This document shows, piece by piece, positions 63,658-64,000 of a DNA stretch of 64,000 nt. The position numbers and the translations under genes were made by a program. The notes beneath the pieces were generated by a model. It was not told the DNA's origin, searched no databases, and worked only from the letters and a program-made list of their open reading frames with translations. How positions within the stretch are numbered: position 1 is the first letter of the stretch; each line of letters starts with the position of its first letter. This stretch comes from Podospora anserina (Eukaryota), in NCBI GenBank assembly GCA_017654855.1, contig CM030336.1:3720001-3784000 (forward strand). Direction: 5' to 3'.

Positions 63658-64000
63658 GATGAAGGTCTACCACGACGGCCAGGAAATGCTTGAGAATGTC
63701 GAGGACTGGTCCTAAGATGTGAACATGTTCATACGAATGGTCGGCGGATACACAACAGCCTTGGTTCCTGTTTATTTTCCTTCGGCAGCATGCCTTGGTT
63801 GGGGAACACAGCGGGATTGGATTGGCGGATGAGTTAAACAGAGGTGGTTGAGTGAGGATTACAATTCGTATGTATGTATTTAGTAGCACACTCGGATGTG
63901 AGCTTTATTATCCACTCTCTTCTCTCTTCCAGGCCACTCACATGCAAGTTATCCCCGTCCGCATTTCCGTCCTGTCTTTTTTCCTTCCTTTTTTTCCTTC

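Overview
Eukaryotic DNA from a filamentous ascomycete. The short GT-AG introns with CTRAC branch sites, the gene set and the G-rich 3' CDS ends suggest Sordariales, possibly Podospora; this is inference. The window is mostly an ordinary euchromatic arm. Recognisable genes, left to right: TMA16, EXO1, RRP14/SURF6, VPS74, an oxysterol-binding protein, a Grainyhead/CP2 transcription factor flanked by about 11 kb and 5 kb of gene-poor DNA, an HSQGG-motif membrane protein with a GC-AG intron, NOP9 with a (KKE)21 tail, a HAD dehalogenase-like gene, two hypothetical genes, an intron-containing tRNA-Lys(CTT), an intronless phosphoketolase, a RasGAP and a DHA1 MFS transporter. Exon structures were assembled by hand from splice signals. 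Items invisible in the ORF track: (1) a micro-exon gene starting MGRSG|YDTT with two unusually long introns (39.1-41.4 kb); (2) a multi-intron plus-strand transcript in the gap after the Grainyhead-like gene (28-29.8 kb); (3) a box C/D-like structured ncRNA candidate at 16.6 kb; (4) a shared telomere-repeat-like promoter module upstream of TMA16 and NOP9; (5) strong C-rich/G-rich synonymous patches inside CDSs. No intact transposon, rRNA or CRISPR array was seen. No database searches were possible.
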